A stretch of DNA of 53,660 bases from Leptolyngbyaceae cyanobacterium (GTDB taxonomy: Bacteria; Cyanobacteriota; Cyanobacteriia; Phormidesmidales; Phormidesmidaceae): assembly GCA_050331235.1 (NCBI GenBank), contig JBHJHA010000063.1:1-53660 (forward strand), given 5' to 3'. Below are positions 1 through 10,986 of the stretch, one piece after another (the first letter of the stretch is position 1; the number at the start of each line of letters is the position of its first letter). The notes under the pieces are model-generated. The model was not told where the DNA came from and searched no databases. It was given only the letters and a program-made list of their open reading frames with translations. A program made the position numbers and the translations under genes.

Positions 1-192
1 GAGGGTCGAAAATCCGCAGCAGGTCGAAGCCTCCTGGCAGTTGCCCAGTGAGGGATAAGCTGTTATTTTGTCTCATAAAATTCTCTCAAAGTATCTGGAT
101 AAAATTAAGCTCTCTCATAGGAAGGATGCAATGAAGCCCCCTTTTATTCATCGTAAAGAGTGGCCTGATCATATTCAAACAGGAGCCTTCAA

Positions 193-1035
193 ATGTTCAC
201 CATCAATCACCATGGGTCATCAATGCCACTCTTGGGATTTGGGACTTACCAGTTAGAAGGGCAAACGGCTCAGGAGATGGTAAAGGCTGCGATCGCGATT
301 GGCTATCGCCACATTGATACGGCACAGCTCTATGAAAATGAGGCAGAGGTAGGAGCCGGCATCCAAGCTTCAGGCATTGCCCGCGACGAGATTTTTTTGA
401 CCACCAAAGTCTGGATTAATCAGTTTACTCAAGACAAATTGGAGCCTTCAGTCGATAAAAGCCTGCGCCAGCTTAATACCGACTATGTTGATTTGTTGCT
501 TTTGCACTGGCCCAACACCGACGTGGCTCTCGAAGAAACCTTAGAAGCCTTGATGCAGGTAAAAGCAGCTGGCAAAACCAGGCAAATCGGCGTGAGCAAC
601 TTCACCACTGAGCTCATGCGTCAGGCAGCCACCATCTGCGGATCGGGTGTATTGATAAACAATCAGGTTGAGTACCATCCCTATCTGTGGCAAGACGCGG
701 TCATTGAGCAAGCTCAAACGCTAGATATGACGATAACCGCCTACCGTCCCATCGCCAAAGGAAAAATCTTTGATGATGAGGTCATCTGTCAGATCGCCCA
801 GCAATACGGCAAAAACGCCGCCCAAGTCACCCTCCGATGGATTTTGCAGCAGGGGATCGCGGCGATTCCGCGGACGAGCGACCCAGATCATGCCAAACAA
901 AACTTCAATATCTTCGACTTTGAACTCTCGGATGACGACATGCGGCAGATCGATAATCTGCGGGGCGAGGGGCGTTTAGTCTCCCCTGACAGTCTTGCCC
1001 CAGAGTGGGATCCCGTGCCCGCAACCCGGCGCTAA
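193..1035 (+). CDS. Aldo/keto reductase (2,5-diketo-D-gluconate reductase-like)
   Basis: LGFGTY, GYRHIDTAQLYENE, IFLTTKVW, DLLLLHWP, IGVSNF, NQVEYHP: canonical AKR motifs. Confidence 0.93.
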   Translation: MFTINHHGSSMPLLGFGTYQLEGQTAQEMVKAAIAIGYRHIDTAQLYENEAEVGAGIQASGIARDEIFLTTKVWINQFTQDKLEPSVDKSLRQLNTDYVDLLLLHWPNTDVALEETLEALMQVKAAGKTRQIGVSNFTTELMRQAATICGSGVLINNQVEYHPYLWQDAVIEQAQTLDMTITAYRPIAKGKIFDDEVICQIAQQYGKNAAQVTLRWILQQGIAAIPRTSDPDHAKQNFNIFDFELSDDDMRQIDNLRGEGRLVSPDSLAPEWDPVPATRR

Positions 1036-1298
1036 GCCAGAAGTGAGCCTCAAGCAACAGATATTGCTCCAGAGTACCGATCGCCGCCGGGAGCTTTGTC
1101 GCATCGTCGATTGTCGGAAAAGCCTGCGGCCGCGATCGCAAAATCCAACCTTTCTGCGCATAGATACATCCGCTTGAGGTTGGTGCGTGTGTCCGTGCCG
1201 GCTAAGAAGACTGCGCCCTAACCTTGCCGATAGCGACACATTACCGAACAGTTGGGGTGCCACTAGTAAGGACCAGCAGTCAGCGACTGCTCACAGAT

Positions 1299-2498
1299 TC
1301 AGACTGGCTCAATGGGAAAAATCACGGTGAAGGTTGATCCTTGACCAAGTTGAGACGATAGCTGGATTTCACCTTGCATCAGTTCTACCAGCTGAGCCAC
1401 GATCGCTAAGCCTAATCCAGTGCTATTTTCATGGCGTGGCGCATCACCTTTAACTCTAAAATAAGGCTCAAAAATACGCTTTTGGTCCTCTGCGCTGATA
1501 CCGATGCCGCTATCGCTCACAACCAGAGACCACTGATCGTCTAATGCTGTCTTCAAGACAACTTTAATGATGCCTGTGGGGGTGTAGTAAACAGCATTGC
1601 TCAACAAATTAATCATGATTTGCTGCAGCCGCAGGGGATCACTGTTTACGGTTTGTGGACTGCGATTGCTGTCAATCTGCAATTCAACGGGCTTATTTTC
1701 AAGCAAAGGTTCAACAACCTCAATAACTGATTGCAAAATGTCTTGAGGTGAAACGACTCCAAAGTTGAGTGCGATATTTCCCTGATTCTTTTGTAGCTGT
1801 AGGATGTCATTAATTAGCCGCAAAAGTAGACGGCCACTGCGCAATATCCGTTTTACACTTTCTAGATTAGTCGTCGTCTTTTCAGGATAGAGCTGCTGCT
1901 GCCGCAGAAATAGATCAGCATAGCCAATAATTGAAGTCAGCGGGGTTTTTAGCTCGTGGGTCAGCTGCGAGATGCCCGCTTGACTATCTTGTACTAAACG
2001 CGTCAACTCTTGATTGGTCAACTGCATTTGTGCTTTGATCTCTTCGTCTTCAGCCATGCGGCTACGGGTATAACTGTCAAAACAATAGGCGATCGCCTCA
2101 TCAACAACCTGATCAATGAGGCGAGTGACCTGAAATAAATCTTTAGCATCGGCACGGAGCAAATCTGACTCTAACTCAGAAAAAATGACGCTCCGTAAAA
2201 TCCGGTATTCGCGAGCAATTTCCGCCGGTTCAAATCCTTGCTCTGCACGAATCAGACCGTGCTCCAAGCTAGCCGCATCGATGGCTTGAAAATTTTCAGC
2301 CCCCTGGGGAATGAGCATCTTTGCCATGGAGGCTAGAACCTTGGGCAAGCTGTCACGCACGTGAGCAAACGTCAATTCTTGGGTTGCTTCAATATCTTCG
2401 TCAGCGCATACCGCCTCTACCCAGCGCTCGATAATCTCGTCTTGTTTGTGACTCAAGATTGAACTGAAATCGATCTTCATAGAACTCAAATCAACCAA
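1299..2498 (-). CDS. Sensor histidine kinase with N-terminal RsbRD_N-like domain
   Basis: H-box LTHELKTPLTSI, N-box QIMINLLSNA, G1 DSGIGI, F-box IFEPY, G2 GLGLAIV; N-terminal 'IIERWVEAV...EHGLIRAEQGF'. Start may be ATG at 2480. Confidence 0.88.
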   Translation of the reverse strand: MVDLSSMKIDFSSILSHKQDEIIERWVEAVCADEDIEATQELTFAHVRDSLPKVLASMAKMLIPQGAENFQAIDAASLEHGLIRAEQGFEPAEIAREYRILRSVIFSELESDLLRADAKDLFQVTRLIDQVVDEAIAYCFDSYTRSRMAEDEEIKAQMQLTNQELTRLVQDSQAGISQLTHELKTPLTSIIGYADLFLRQQQLYPEKTTTNLESVKRILRSGRLLLRLINDILQLQKNQGNIALNFGVVSPQDILQSVIEVVEPLLENKPVELQIDSNRSPQTVNSDPLRLQQIMINLLSNAVYYTPTGIIKVVLKTALDDQWSLVVSDSGIGISAEDQKRIFEPYFRVKGDAPRHENSTGLGLAIVAQLVELMQGEIQLSSQLGQGSTFTVIFPIEPV

Positions 2499-2856
2499 AC
2501 TTGACTAACCCTTTTACACTATTGAGGTTCCGCCCAAGCTCCCTATCTATGGGGAAATACACTGGCAAATATCCTAAGAAGAGCAATCAGCAAACAACCC
2601 TTGGTCTTGATGAGCAACTTCTTAACAAAGAAGTCCAGTTCGCAATCATCTCAAAGCCTTGATATTACAGCTTTGGCACCGCAAGTTCTAACACTGTTGG
2701 TCAGCTAATCCTGAGAAAATTCGTCTGACTCAGTTTAGACAATAGGCCGAAAAGCCTGGCTAAAAACGTTTCAATCCGTGATGTCAGGATCACGTTTCTT
2801 TACCTCCCATCAGACCACCGCTCAGCCACCCTGTCACTGATCGCCTGACTGACCCA

Positions 2857-3588
2857 TCACTGAGTCAGGGCTCGGATAAACTGGCTCAGCTCGGCCAAAA
2901 AGCCCCCTCTTTTCGGGCGAGTAGCAGACGTTGGCACACCGTCACTCATCTCCTCGGCACCCTCATCAAATAGCGCAGCGATCGCCTCACCAGACGGCTT
3001 GCTCGAAAATTCACCCAGCAGCTCATATTCATCGTCTGCCGTTTCTCCCCAGACCTGCCACGGGCCGGGATATACCCTTAGCAGGGTCGCCCCTTCTAAG
3101 GGTTGGAGATAATACGCTGTTTCTAGGGTGCTGAGGAAGCGATCTCGCAGTTGTCGAGCCGCATAACCAATGCCGACCACCGCAATGTCCTCCATCTTCG
3201 GACTCAGCAGAATCGTATACTTACCCGCTGCTTCATTGCAAAGCGCTTCCACCTCGTTGACCTCAACGGCAGACGGTTCCACCACCAAACAGGCATCATC
3301 CTCTGGCGCTAACCGCCCCTTAAATTCGTTAATGCCGCGAATGCTGAAGTCGGGGTCCTGCCAATCACGCCGCGCCAGCGCCGCCGCCCCCGCATCAGGA
3401 AAAAATAACTTAAAGGTCAGCCCCAGCTCCTGCAACACCGGATAAAACTGCTCAGCTACGGGCATCACCTTTAATTCTGGAATGTTGAAATCCACGACGA
3501 TGCGCGGCAAACCAGCCTGAATCGCCTCTCGGGTAGCTGATTTGGCTTGCTCAACGGCGGCTTCGATACTGCGGGGCACTCCAGTCAT
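2857..3588 (-). CDS. DUF1995 family protein (LPA3-like)
   Basis: FFPDAGAAALARRDW, VGIGYAARQLRDRFL, LLRVYPGPWQV are typical of cyanobacterial DUF1995. Confidence 0.85.
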   Translation of the reverse strand: MTGVPRSIEAAVEQAKSATREAIQAGLPRIVVDFNIPELKVMPVAEQFYPVLQELGLTFKLFFPDAGAAALARRDWQDPDFSIRGINEFKGRLAPEDDACLVVEPSAVEVNEVEALCNEAAGKYTILLSPKMEDIAVVGIGYAARQLRDRFLSTLETAYYLQPLEGATLLRVYPGPWQVWGETADDEYELLGEFSSKPSGEAIAALFDEGAEEMSDGVPTSATRPKRGGFLAELSQFIRALTQ

Positions 3589-3597
3589 AGCTTTGGG

Positions 3598-4764
3598 TTA
3601 CACAACATGAACGGTTACGGGGGGCAGCAGGCGATCTAATATTTGACGCAGCACTAACGTCGTCCAGTCAATGTCGGCAGGGGTGGTCAACCGCCCGAGG
3701 GTGAGGCGGATGCCACTGAGGGCCAGGCGATCGCCATAGCCCATCGCCTGCAAAATCGGGCTGGGACTCAGCTTACCACTGTGGCAGGCCGACCCTGCAC
3801 TGATGCCAATGCCCGCTAGATTCATCTGCCGCACCAAGGTTTTGCCACTCACGCTATTGCCATCTGCGGCAGTCAGGCAGAAGCTCGCATGGTGGGGTAG
3901 TCGATGGCGACGATCGCCCGTGATGGCTAAGCCGGGGAAATCAGCCAGTTGCTCAAATAGGCGATCGCGCAGTTGAATGAGGCGTACGGTTTCTGACGGC
4001 ATTTCTGCCGCTGCGAGCTCCGCCGCCACACCAAACCCCGCAATATTGCTAATGGCTTGGGTGCCCGACCGCTTGCCTGCTTCTTGACCGCCACCGCCGA
4101 AGAGCGGCATGAGCTCAACCCCAGGCCGGAGATAAAGCGCTCCCGCCCCCTGCGGTCCATAGAATTTGTGACTCGACAATGAGAGCAAATCAACCGGCAG
4201 GGTTTGCACATTGATAGGCAAACGCCCAGCTACCTGCACTGCATCGGTATGAAATAGCACTCCGTGGGCCCGGGCAATTTGGCCAAGGGCGTCGATGGGC
4301 TGCAGGGTACCGACTTCGCTCTGACCATAAATTATAGAAACGAGCACCGTATCAGGACGGATCGCCCAACTAAGATCATCCGGGTTGACCCGCCCTGTGC
4401 GGTCTACCGGCAACCAAGTGACTTCCCAGCCCCGCGCCTCTAAAAAGCGGACCGGCTCGGCGATCGCCGAATGCTCAACACTGGAAACGATGAGATGCTG
4501 AGGGGTGCTATAGCGTCGCGTAATGCCGAATATTGCCAGGTTGTCGGCTTCGGTGCCGCCTGCCGTAAAAATAATACTGTCAGCGGGAGCATTGATCAAT
4601 CCGGCCACCTGCGACCGTGCCAGTTCCAACTGGGTGGCCGACCGATTGCCCCAGTCATGGAGGCTAGAGGGGTTGCCCCATTGCTCAGCCATAGCCGCCT
4701 GCATGACCGCGATCGCCTCGGGGCGGGTTGGCGTAGTCGCGCTGTAGTCCAAATAAATTTGCAT
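3598..4764 (-). CDS. iscS: Cysteine desulfurase (IscS/NifS class V aminotransferase)
   Basis: MQIYLDYSATTP start, GNPSSLH, HTDAVQ, LSSHKFYGPQG (PLP Lys), SAGSACHSG (catalytic Cys). Confidence 0.93.
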   Translation of the reverse strand: MQIYLDYSATTPTRPEAIAVMQAAMAEQWGNPSSLHDWGNRSATQLELARSQVAGLINAPADSIIFTAGGTEADNLAIFGITRRYSTPQHLIVSSVEHSAIAEPVRFLEARGWEVTWLPVDRTGRVNPDDLSWAIRPDTVLVSIIYGQSEVGTLQPIDALGQIARAHGVLFHTDAVQVAGRLPINVQTLPVDLLSLSSHKFYGPQGAGALYLRPGVELMPLFGGGGQEAGKRSGTQAISNIAGFGVAAELAAAEMPSETVRLIQLRDRLFEQLADFPGLAITGDRRHRLPHHASFCLTAADGNSVSGKTLVRQMNLAGIGISAGSACHSGKLSPSPILQAMGYGDRLALSGIRLTLGRLTTPADIDWTTLVLRQILDRLLPPVTVHVV

Positions 4765-4961
4765 ACGTTCGATGACGGTTTCAACTGAGCAGTTGCCCAA
4801 TGGTTCTGATCCTAGCAGGGTTCCACAATGAGAACTGTAGCCCTCGGAGAATCGTCAAGCCTGGCAATTGTCGTTGGGCTGGCCATCAAATCCCAACAGG
4901 CAGGCTTCCTTGCACTAAAATGTCGAGCGAGCGACACAACGATCACCCCGAGGAGATACTG

Positions 4962-5450
4962 ATGAAAGCTCAACTACTTGGCTACGGAGTCGGCCTTCTC
5001 ATCTTGTTAGGTCAAGCGCCTGCAGCCTTGGCCCATGCGGCCCAAACGGACTACTTTGTCGATTTGTTTGCGTCAGAGCTGCAGCTGGAGTTTACCGCGA
5101 GCTTTAGTACTGGGGAGCCTATGGCTGAGGCAACTGTTGTCGTTTATGCCCCCGGCGATCACGACACCCCCTGGGAAACGACCACCACAGACGCCAATGG
5201 ACACTACACCTTTAGGCCCGACGAGGAACTGGTGGGCGATTGGCGCATCGAATTTGAACAAGATGGCCACAAAGACATCCGCATCATCCCCCTCGATGAC
5301 CTCGGTATTGACTATCAAGGTATTAGTCGCGAGCCCACTGACATGACGTTCCTTGCCTTAGTCCATTGGCGCTATGCGGCAGCAGCCCTAGCGACCACGA
5401 CGGTAGGAGCAGGAGCCCTGCTAATACAGCGACGACGTTGGTCGCCATAG
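4962..5450 (+). CDS. Exported protein with carboxypeptidase-regulatory/transthyretin-like domain and C-terminal anchor (Ni/Co uptake accessory-like)
   Basis: AGGAG RBS before ATG 4962; signal peptide ending ALA-H; FSTGEPMAEATVVVYAP...TDANGHYTFRPD...W; C-terminal hydrophobic helix. Confidence 0.6.
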   Translation: MKAQLLGYGVGLLILLGQAPAALAHAAQTDYFVDLFASELQLEFTASFSTGEPMAEATVVVYAPGDHDTPWETTTTDANGHYTFRPDEELVGDWRIEFEQDGHKDIRIIPLDDLGIDYQGISREPTDMTFLALVHWRYAAAALATTTVGAGALLIQRRRWSP

Positions 5451-5537
5451 GGGGCGTCGTGCCCAGGGAGCTGATCAACAGCAGCGGCTGTCCAAGGGCG
5501 CTTCGACAGGAAGTATTGACCCTTGGCAATCGCCCCA

Positions 5538-6377
5538 TTAAACCGGATAGGATGTAATCAGCAACTCAGAGATTTTGCCACGCCGCTTGGCATTGGAGTT
5601 AATTGCCCGGGAGGCGCGAATTTCAGTAATGTGAAACCCTTGGTATAAATTGCGAATAAACTCACAATCGGAATTTGACAACATCACCTGGACGCCGCGC
5701 TGAGCTAGGTGCACAAAGGTTTGCTGGAGACGCTCTTGATCGGCAGCTCGAAAGCCATAACGGTTGTAGCCAGTAAAGCTACTCGTGGCGCTGATGGGAT
5801 GGTAAGGCGGATCAAAGTAAACAAAATCTTGGCGATTGTGAGCCTGCTCCAAGACCTGAGTAAACTCCGCGCACCTGATCTCCGTCTGTTGTAGCGCTAA
5901 AGAGGCTTGGTACAGCGTGGCGCGATCGCACACGTTGGGCTTCTTATAACGGCCCATAGGCACATTAAAGTGGCCCTTAGAGTTTTCACGATAGAGGCCA
6001 TTGAAGCAGGTTTTATTGAGGTAAATCAGCCGAGCCGCCCGACGCACAGGCGATCGCAGCTCTTGTCCCCGGACCGCATAGTAATATTCTTGGCAGTGCT
6101 GCGACTGATGGGTGGCTAACAGAGCAATGAGTTGCTCTACATCATCCCGCACGCAGCGATAAACATTGACCAACTCTTCGTTTAAGTCAGCGAGCACAGC
6201 ACGACGGCAGCCCGTAGACAAGTAAAAAAAGATAGCTCCCCCGCCCAAAAACGGCTCGTGGTAAGCCCGAAACCGCTTAGGGAAATATGCCTTGTATTGC
6301 TCTAAAAGTCGGCCTTTGCCGCCGGCCCATTTGAGGAACGGTCGCGGATGACAAGACTGTTGCAGTGCCGCTGTCAT
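5538..6377 (-). CDS. dam: D12-class N6-adenine DNA methyltransferase (Dam-like), no adjacent restriction enzyme
   Basis: PFLKWAGGK, EPFLGGG, CFNGLYREN, FVYFDPPY motifs. Confidence 0.88.
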   Translation of the reverse strand: MTAALQQSCHPRPFLKWAGGKGRLLEQYKAYFPKRFRAYHEPFLGGGAIFFYLSTGCRRAVLADLNEELVNVYRCVRDDVEQLIALLATHQSQHCQEYYYAVRGQELRSPVRRAARLIYLNKTCFNGLYRENSKGHFNVPMGRYKKPNVCDRATLYQASLALQQTEIRCAEFTQVLEQAHNRQDFVYFDPPYHPISATSSFTGYNRYGFRAADQERLQQTFVHLAQRGVQVMLSNSDCEFIRNLYQGFHITEIRASRAINSNAKRRGKISELLITSYPV

Positions 6378-6448
6378 GAATTTGGAGAGGCGATCATATC
6401 GACTGGGTCAGCGGTCAGCAACTGCACCTGCAGCCTCACAACCGCCAC

Positions 6449-6462
6449 AAAACAAATGTACT
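6449..6462 (-). promoter_or_regulatory. Possible cyanobacterial LexA box upstream of dam
   Basis: Minus strand AGTACATTTGTTTT, one mismatch to RGTACNNNDGTWCB; a TACAAT -10-like hexamer lies just upstream on the minus strand. Confidence 0.35.
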
Positions 6463-6597
6463 TATACTGATTGTAGGCCCATAGGGGCACCAACTGGATC
6501 AATGGATTCACTCCTGAACTGCGATAGGATAAGACCGAAGTCATATCACCCGAACGATCGCGCGACTTACCAATACACGGCTGCGCTGGATTGAATT

Positions 6598-6801
6598 ATG
6601 CAAGAGTTTTTTAAGAATGTTTCACGTTACCCCAGATTTTTGATTTCCTTCACCTTGGGAATCTTCTTTAACGCGATTGAGCCGCTCATGCCGCTGCTCA
6701 GACGACCCACGACTGCGATCGCCCTTGTGGGTATCGTCATTTCCACCTTTGTGTTTTTGACGTTTACCTTGCGAGCAATGCTAGGCTTGTCAATCGCCTA
6801 G
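6598..6801 (+). CDS. DUF751 family small membrane protein
   Basis: FFKNVSRYPRFLIS...TLRAMLGL; usual position upstream of rbfA in cyanobacteria. Confidence 0.88.
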   Translation: MQEFFKNVSRYPRFLISFTLGIFFNAIEPLMPLLRRPTTAIALVGIVISTFVFLTFTLRAMLGLSIA

Positions 6802-6891
6802 GGTAGCAACGTATCCGTTGGGGTATTCGCCCTGAGCGCTCTAGGAGCCCTATCGCGGTTGCCCTAGCCGCATGTATAGAAGAGGTTTGTG

Positions 6892-7326
6892 ATGGCAAAT
6901 GATCGACGAGTGGCACGGGTGGCCTCCCTAATTAAACGGGAAGTCAGCCAGATGCTCATGTCGGAAATTAAAGATGATCGCGTCGGTGCTGGCATGGTCA
7001 GCGTGACTGACGTTGAGGTTTCTGGCGACCTGCAGCACGCTAAAATCTTTGTCAGTATTTATGGGACTGAGGCAGCTAAGGCCGAGACCATGGCGGGGTT
7101 AGCTGCCGCTACGAAGTTTGTGCGGCACGAACTGGGTCAACGCATCCGGCTCCGGCGCACACCAGAGATTTTGTTTCGCGAAGATCGCGGCGTAGAGCGT
7201 GGAACACGGGTTTTATCGTTAATCAATCAGCTCAGCGCCGAACGCAACTCGTCCGAGGAATCCCCAGAGTCGCCTGATATGGCTCCAGAGCTCTCCACAG
7301 AACGGCCCGCCGAGGACGCCGAGTGA
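6892..7326 (+). CDS. rbfA: 30S ribosome-binding factor A
   Basis: [44 protein letters not shown]. Confidence 0.96.
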   Translation: MANDRRVARVASLIKREVSQMLMSEIKDDRVGAGMVSVTDVEVSGDLQHAKIFVSIYGTEAAKAETMAGLAAATKFVRHELGQRIRLRRTPEILFREDRGVERGTRVLSLINQLSAERNSSEESPESPDMAPELSTERPAEDAE

Positions 7327-8972
7327 CTAGCCTAGGGTTGCCGGAGCCAGAGTCTCTATCGCTGACGGAGCAGGTGGCCCAGCTCATTGTGGTGCGGGCC
7401 TCCGGTTATTTGTTTGACCACCAGCGGCGTTATCCCCAGTGGGAACTCAACCAATCATCTCTGAGGCACTGCATCGAAACCTTAGGAATCGGCGGCGTCA
7501 TCCTACTGGGGGGCAGCGCCGCCGAAGTGGGCTTACGATCGCAACAGTTGCAGAGCTGGGCAACGGTACCGCTGCTACTGGCCGCCGACATCGAGGAAGG
7601 GGTCGGCCAGCGATTTGCCGGAGCAACCCAGTTTCCCCCCCCCATGGCCCTGTCTGCGATCGCTCGTCACCATCCCCAGTCAGCTCAGGACTATGCCTAC
7701 GAGATGGGGGCAATCACGGCCCGAGAGGCGATCGCCATCGGCCTCAATTGGCTGCTGGCCCCCGTGGTCGACGTCAACAACAATATTGACAATCCGGTAA
7801 TCAATGTCCGGGCCTTTGGCGATACCCCAGCTCAAGTTAGTCAATTGAGTACGGCCTACATTCATGGGGCGCAGCAGTTGCCGGTGCTGACCACGGCTAA
7901 ACACTTTCCCGGCCATGGCGATACGGCGATCGACTCCCACCTACACCTGCCAGAAATTTCCCACTCCCTGGAGCGGCTGTACCAGATAGAGTTGGTTCCC
8001 TTTCGTAGCGCGATCGCCGCCGGAGTCGATACCGTGATGACGGCGCATTTAATGGTGCCCGCATACGATCAACAATGGCCGGCCACTCTGTCTTCTCAGC
8101 TTTTGACTCAGCTGCTGCGGCAACAGCTCAACTTTCAAGGGCTCGTGGTGACAGATGCACTGATCATGGGAGCGATCACCCGTCATTACGGTCCCTATGA
8201 GGCTGCAGTCCAAGCCGTTGAGGCAGGCGCGGATATCTTGTTGATGCCGACTGACCCGGAGGGCACCATTGAAGCGATCGCCGAAGCCATACGCACCGGA
8301 CGGCTTGATCGCGACCGCATTACGGCCTCAGTGGGACGCATTTGGCGAGCTAAGCAAAAGGTCTGCCATGACTTGACGATCCCCCCAGAAACTTGCCACG
8401 CCTGGGAGCACAGCCCACCGCCGCCGGTACAGTTAGCGGCCCTTGCTACGCCGGCCGCGAGGGCAACCCTGACGGAGATACTACAGGCATCCAGCCAAGT
8501 TCGGGGGCAGCTGCCCCCCGTTGCCACCAGCACAGCCCAAACCCTGATTCTTGTGGATGATGTGGTCAACGCCGACTGGCTGCACGGGGCCGCCGGAGCG
8601 ATCGCGCTGCCCGCATCTTTGGGATACGATGTGCGCCTCCTAGACGAGCGGCTCTGTCGACTCCCCCTTGCAGCAATCCCCTTGCGGTCAACGCTGCTCC
8701 AAATTTTTAACCGGGGCAATCCCTTTCGAGGTGCGGCGGGCCTCAGCGACTACGCTGTTGAATGCTTTCACCATCTGCTCACCCACGGTTGCTTAGCCGG
8801 CTTAGTGGTATACGGTAGTCCCTACGGGTTTGAGCAGTTACGCTCAGATTTGCCCGCCGATCTTCCCTACGGCTTTACCTATGGACAATCGCCAGAGTCG
8901 CAAACGGTGCTGCTGACTCAACTGTTGCCCAGCCAACAACCCGTGTCTCAGCCCCAAGCCTTTACCAACTGA
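7323..8972 (+). CDS. Glycoside hydrolase family 3 (beta-N-acetylhexosaminidase, NagZ-like)
   Basis: [38 protein letters not shown] motifs; start overlaps rbfA stop. Confidence 0.9.
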   Translation: MTSLGLPEPESLSLTEQVAQLIVVRASGYLFDHQRRYPQWELNQSSLRHCIETLGIGGVILLGGSAAEVGLRSQQLQSWATVPLLLAADIEEGVGQRFAGATQFPPPMALSAIARHHPQSAQDYAYEMGAITAREAIAIGLNWLLAPVVDVNNNIDNPVINVRAFGDTPAQVSQLSTAYIHGAQQLPVLTTAKHFPGHGDTAIDSHLHLPEISHSLERLYQIELVPFRSAIAAGVDTVMTAHLMVPAYDQQWPATLSSQLLTQLLRQQLNFQGLVVTDALIMGAITRHYGPYEAAVQAVEAGADILLMPTDPEGTIEAIAEAIRTGRLDRDRITASVGRIWRAKQKVCHDLTIPPETCHAWEHSPPPPVQLAALATPAARATLTEILQASSQVRGQLPPVATSTAQTLILVDDVVNADWLHGAAGAIALPASLGYDVRLLDERLCRLPLAAIPLRSTLLQIFNRGNPFRGAAGLSDYAVECFHHLLTHGCLAGLVVYGSPYGFEQLRSDLPADLPYGFTYGQSPESQTVLLTQLLPSQQPVSQPQAFTN

Positions 8973-8980
8973 CCCGGCGA

Positions 8981-9136
8981 CTACTCAGCCGCTTGCGATC
9001 GCCGCCGCCGACACCGCTCTGAGCAGTATTTCACCTCGTCCCAGCAGTCTGCCCACTTTTTGCGCCAGGTAAAAGGACGCTGACAAACGGGACAGACTTT
9101 AGTCGGCAAATCAGATTTCGAACGTTGACGCGCCAT
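8981..9136 (-). CDS. DUF2256 small zinc-binding protein (51 aa, below ORF-track cutoff)
   Basis: Manual translation [51 protein letters not shown]. Confidence 0.9.
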   Translation of the reverse strand: MARQRSKSDLPTKVCPVCQRPFTWRKKWADCWDEVKYCSERCRRRRSQAAE

Positions 9137-9317
9137 TAGTCATCAAAGCTTTTCACTCTCATCATGACGCCAAATCTTCATACTGGCGAGCCGACACCCT
9201 GATAGAACCTACACACTAAATGACGTTTTAGACGATGGTCAGATCTCCTCGGCTGCGCCACCGATCGTGTTGTCGTTTTTGGCTGCGTAAGTCTCGAGTG
9301 AGTGCCATGAATGGCTA

Positions 9318-9430
9318 ATACCAATTCTCTGTAATAGCGCTACTGATTCAAAGCTCCCTCGCTGTCGCTGCCCCCTTGCAAAAGGGGCTTTGAAGAATCT
9401 ATGTGTAGTCGTGATTCGCAGAGATAGTAT
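9318..9430. repeat. MITE-like dispersed repeat, copy 1
   Basis: Nearly identical to 19834-19947; ATACCAATTCTCTG...CAGAGATAGTAT imperfect terminal inverted repeats; internal GCCCCCTT..AAGGGGC hairpin. Confidence 0.8.
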
Positions 9431-9513
9431 AACCACGTCTTACGGCCAATCTCCTGGTTGAAATTTAACTGTCTGGCCAGTATAAGTGCAGTCATTGAGC
9501 TTAGAGTCATTCT

Positions 9514-9909
9514 ATGGTTAAGGTCACTTTCCGCCGCATCTCGACACGCTTGCTACCGGCCTTGCTGGCCAGCACTACCCTCTGGCTCTCCGCCTGCACT
9601 GCACCAGAGAACGCTACCGATGGAGTCGATGAGGCCGATGAGGTTGAGATCGTCACCCTCTATGTAGGCCCCGAAAAGACAGATTGTGTCGGGGTTGGGC
9701 CTCAAGAATGCCTCCAGGTACGCTATGACCCGGAGGACGAATACGAACTGTTTTACAGCAGCATTGACGGCTTTATGTACGAACCGGGCTATGACTATGA
9801 GCTCATTGTGCAAAAAACGCCCGTAGAAAATCCTCCAGCGGATGCCTCCGCGATCGAGTGGACCTTGGTTGACATCGTCAGCCAAACACCGGCAGCTACT
9901 AATCCCTAG
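9514..9909 (+). CDS. DUF4377 domain lipoprotein
   Basis: Lipobox LSAC; CVGVGPQECLQV...FYSSIDGFMYEPGYDYEL...PPADAS. Confidence 0.85.
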   Translation: MVKVTFRRISTRLLPALLASTTLWLSACTAPENATDGVDEADEVEIVTLYVGPEKTDCVGVGPQECLQVRYDPEDEYELFYSSIDGFMYEPGYDYELIVQKTPVENPPADASAIEWTLVDIVSQTPAATNP

Positions 9910-9916
9910 CCAGCAA

Positions 9917-10780
9917 TCATAGGGGGGGCGGTCCGGACCGCAAGGTTGAGCCCACGCTGGCTAGGCTGACCAGAATGATCGCCACCACCATTCTCAAGCT
10001 GAGCTGTTCACCTAAAATCATTAGGCCAATGCAGGAAGCAACCGCTGGTTCCAAGCTCATCAAGACACCAAATACCTTAACTGGGAGCTGACGCAGCGCT
10101 GCCATCTCTAACGAATAGGGCAAAGCTGAAGAGAGAATCGCTACGAGCAACCCCAGCATTAAGATCGAGGGCTTAAACAGCTTGACGCCCTCAGCCGCAA
10201 GGCCAAAAGGGACGACAACCATTGCGCCGACGGTCATGGCCATGGCCAGCCCTTCGCTGCCTGCAAAAATTTGCCCGACCCGGGCAGAAAGCATAATGTA
10301 TGCCGCCCAACAGCCCCCTGCCAACAGGGCCAACAGCACGCCGAGAGGATGCAACGACACCCCACCAACGGGAGCCAGTAGTAGCACGCCTGCGGCAGCT
10401 AGCGCCACCCATAGCCAATCAGTACCCCGCCGCGAGTGGGCTAAGGCCACCCCCAAGGGACCGATGAACTCCAGCGTCACCGCGACTCCAATGGGAATGT
10501 AGGCGATCGCGTGATACAGGCTGGCATTCATCACTCCCATCGACACCCCCAGGAGCGCCAGCAGACGATAGTCTGGCGCGGCATGGTCCCGCCAGCGCGG
10601 ACGGGCCAATCCGATCAGCACTAACGCCCCAAGTCCGAGTCGCAGGCTCACCATGCCAAATGGGCTTACCTGACTAAAGAGGCTTTTAGCGATCGCCGCT
10701 CCAGAATGGATCGACGCCATCGATAGGAACAACAGCACTATCGGCGATCGCCAAGTCAGTCGGATAATCGGTTTGGTCAC
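9917..10780 (-). CDS. EamA/DMT family transporter (RhtA-like)
   Basis: ~10 TM helices; IPIGVAVTLEFIGPL, SALPYSLEMAALRQL, FGVLMSLEPAVA. Confidence 0.9.
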   Translation of the reverse strand: MTKPIIRLTWRSPIVLLFLSMASIHSGAAIAKSLFSQVSPFGMVSLRLGLGALVLIGLARPRWRDHAAPDYRLLALLGVSMGVMNASLYHAIAYIPIGVAVTLEFIGPLGVALAHSRRGTDWLWVALAAAGVLLLAPVGGVSLHPLGVLLALLAGGCWAAYIMLSARVGQIFAGSEGLAMAMTVGAMVVVPFGLAAEGVKLFKPSILMLGLLVAILSSALPYSLEMAALRQLPVKVFGVLMSLEPAVASCIGLMILGEQLSLRMVVAIILVSLASVGSTLRSGPPPL

Positions 10781-10986
10781 GAGATTTCTGCGCTAAGGAC
10801 GTTATGACCATAGCTTAGGGAATCAGAGGCTTTTAGAAACAATTGTGATGACCGCCGTGAGCCCCCCTCATACTCACGGCATATCTCAATCGTCCGCAGC
10901 AGACGGCACGTCAAGCCATTCGTCAGTAAGCTTATAGAAAGATAGGCATCCGAAGTTCCGGCAAATTAGGTTAGGTGATTTTCCCC

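Noticed and set aside
5538..6377. Restriction-modification system
   Set aside because: No cognate endonuclease is adjacent; consistent with an orphan methylase.
9239..9436. ORFs 9239-9436 and 19756-19938 sharing RITTTHRFFKAPF
   Set aside because: The similarity comes from the DNA repeat they overlap; there is no sign of a real protein.
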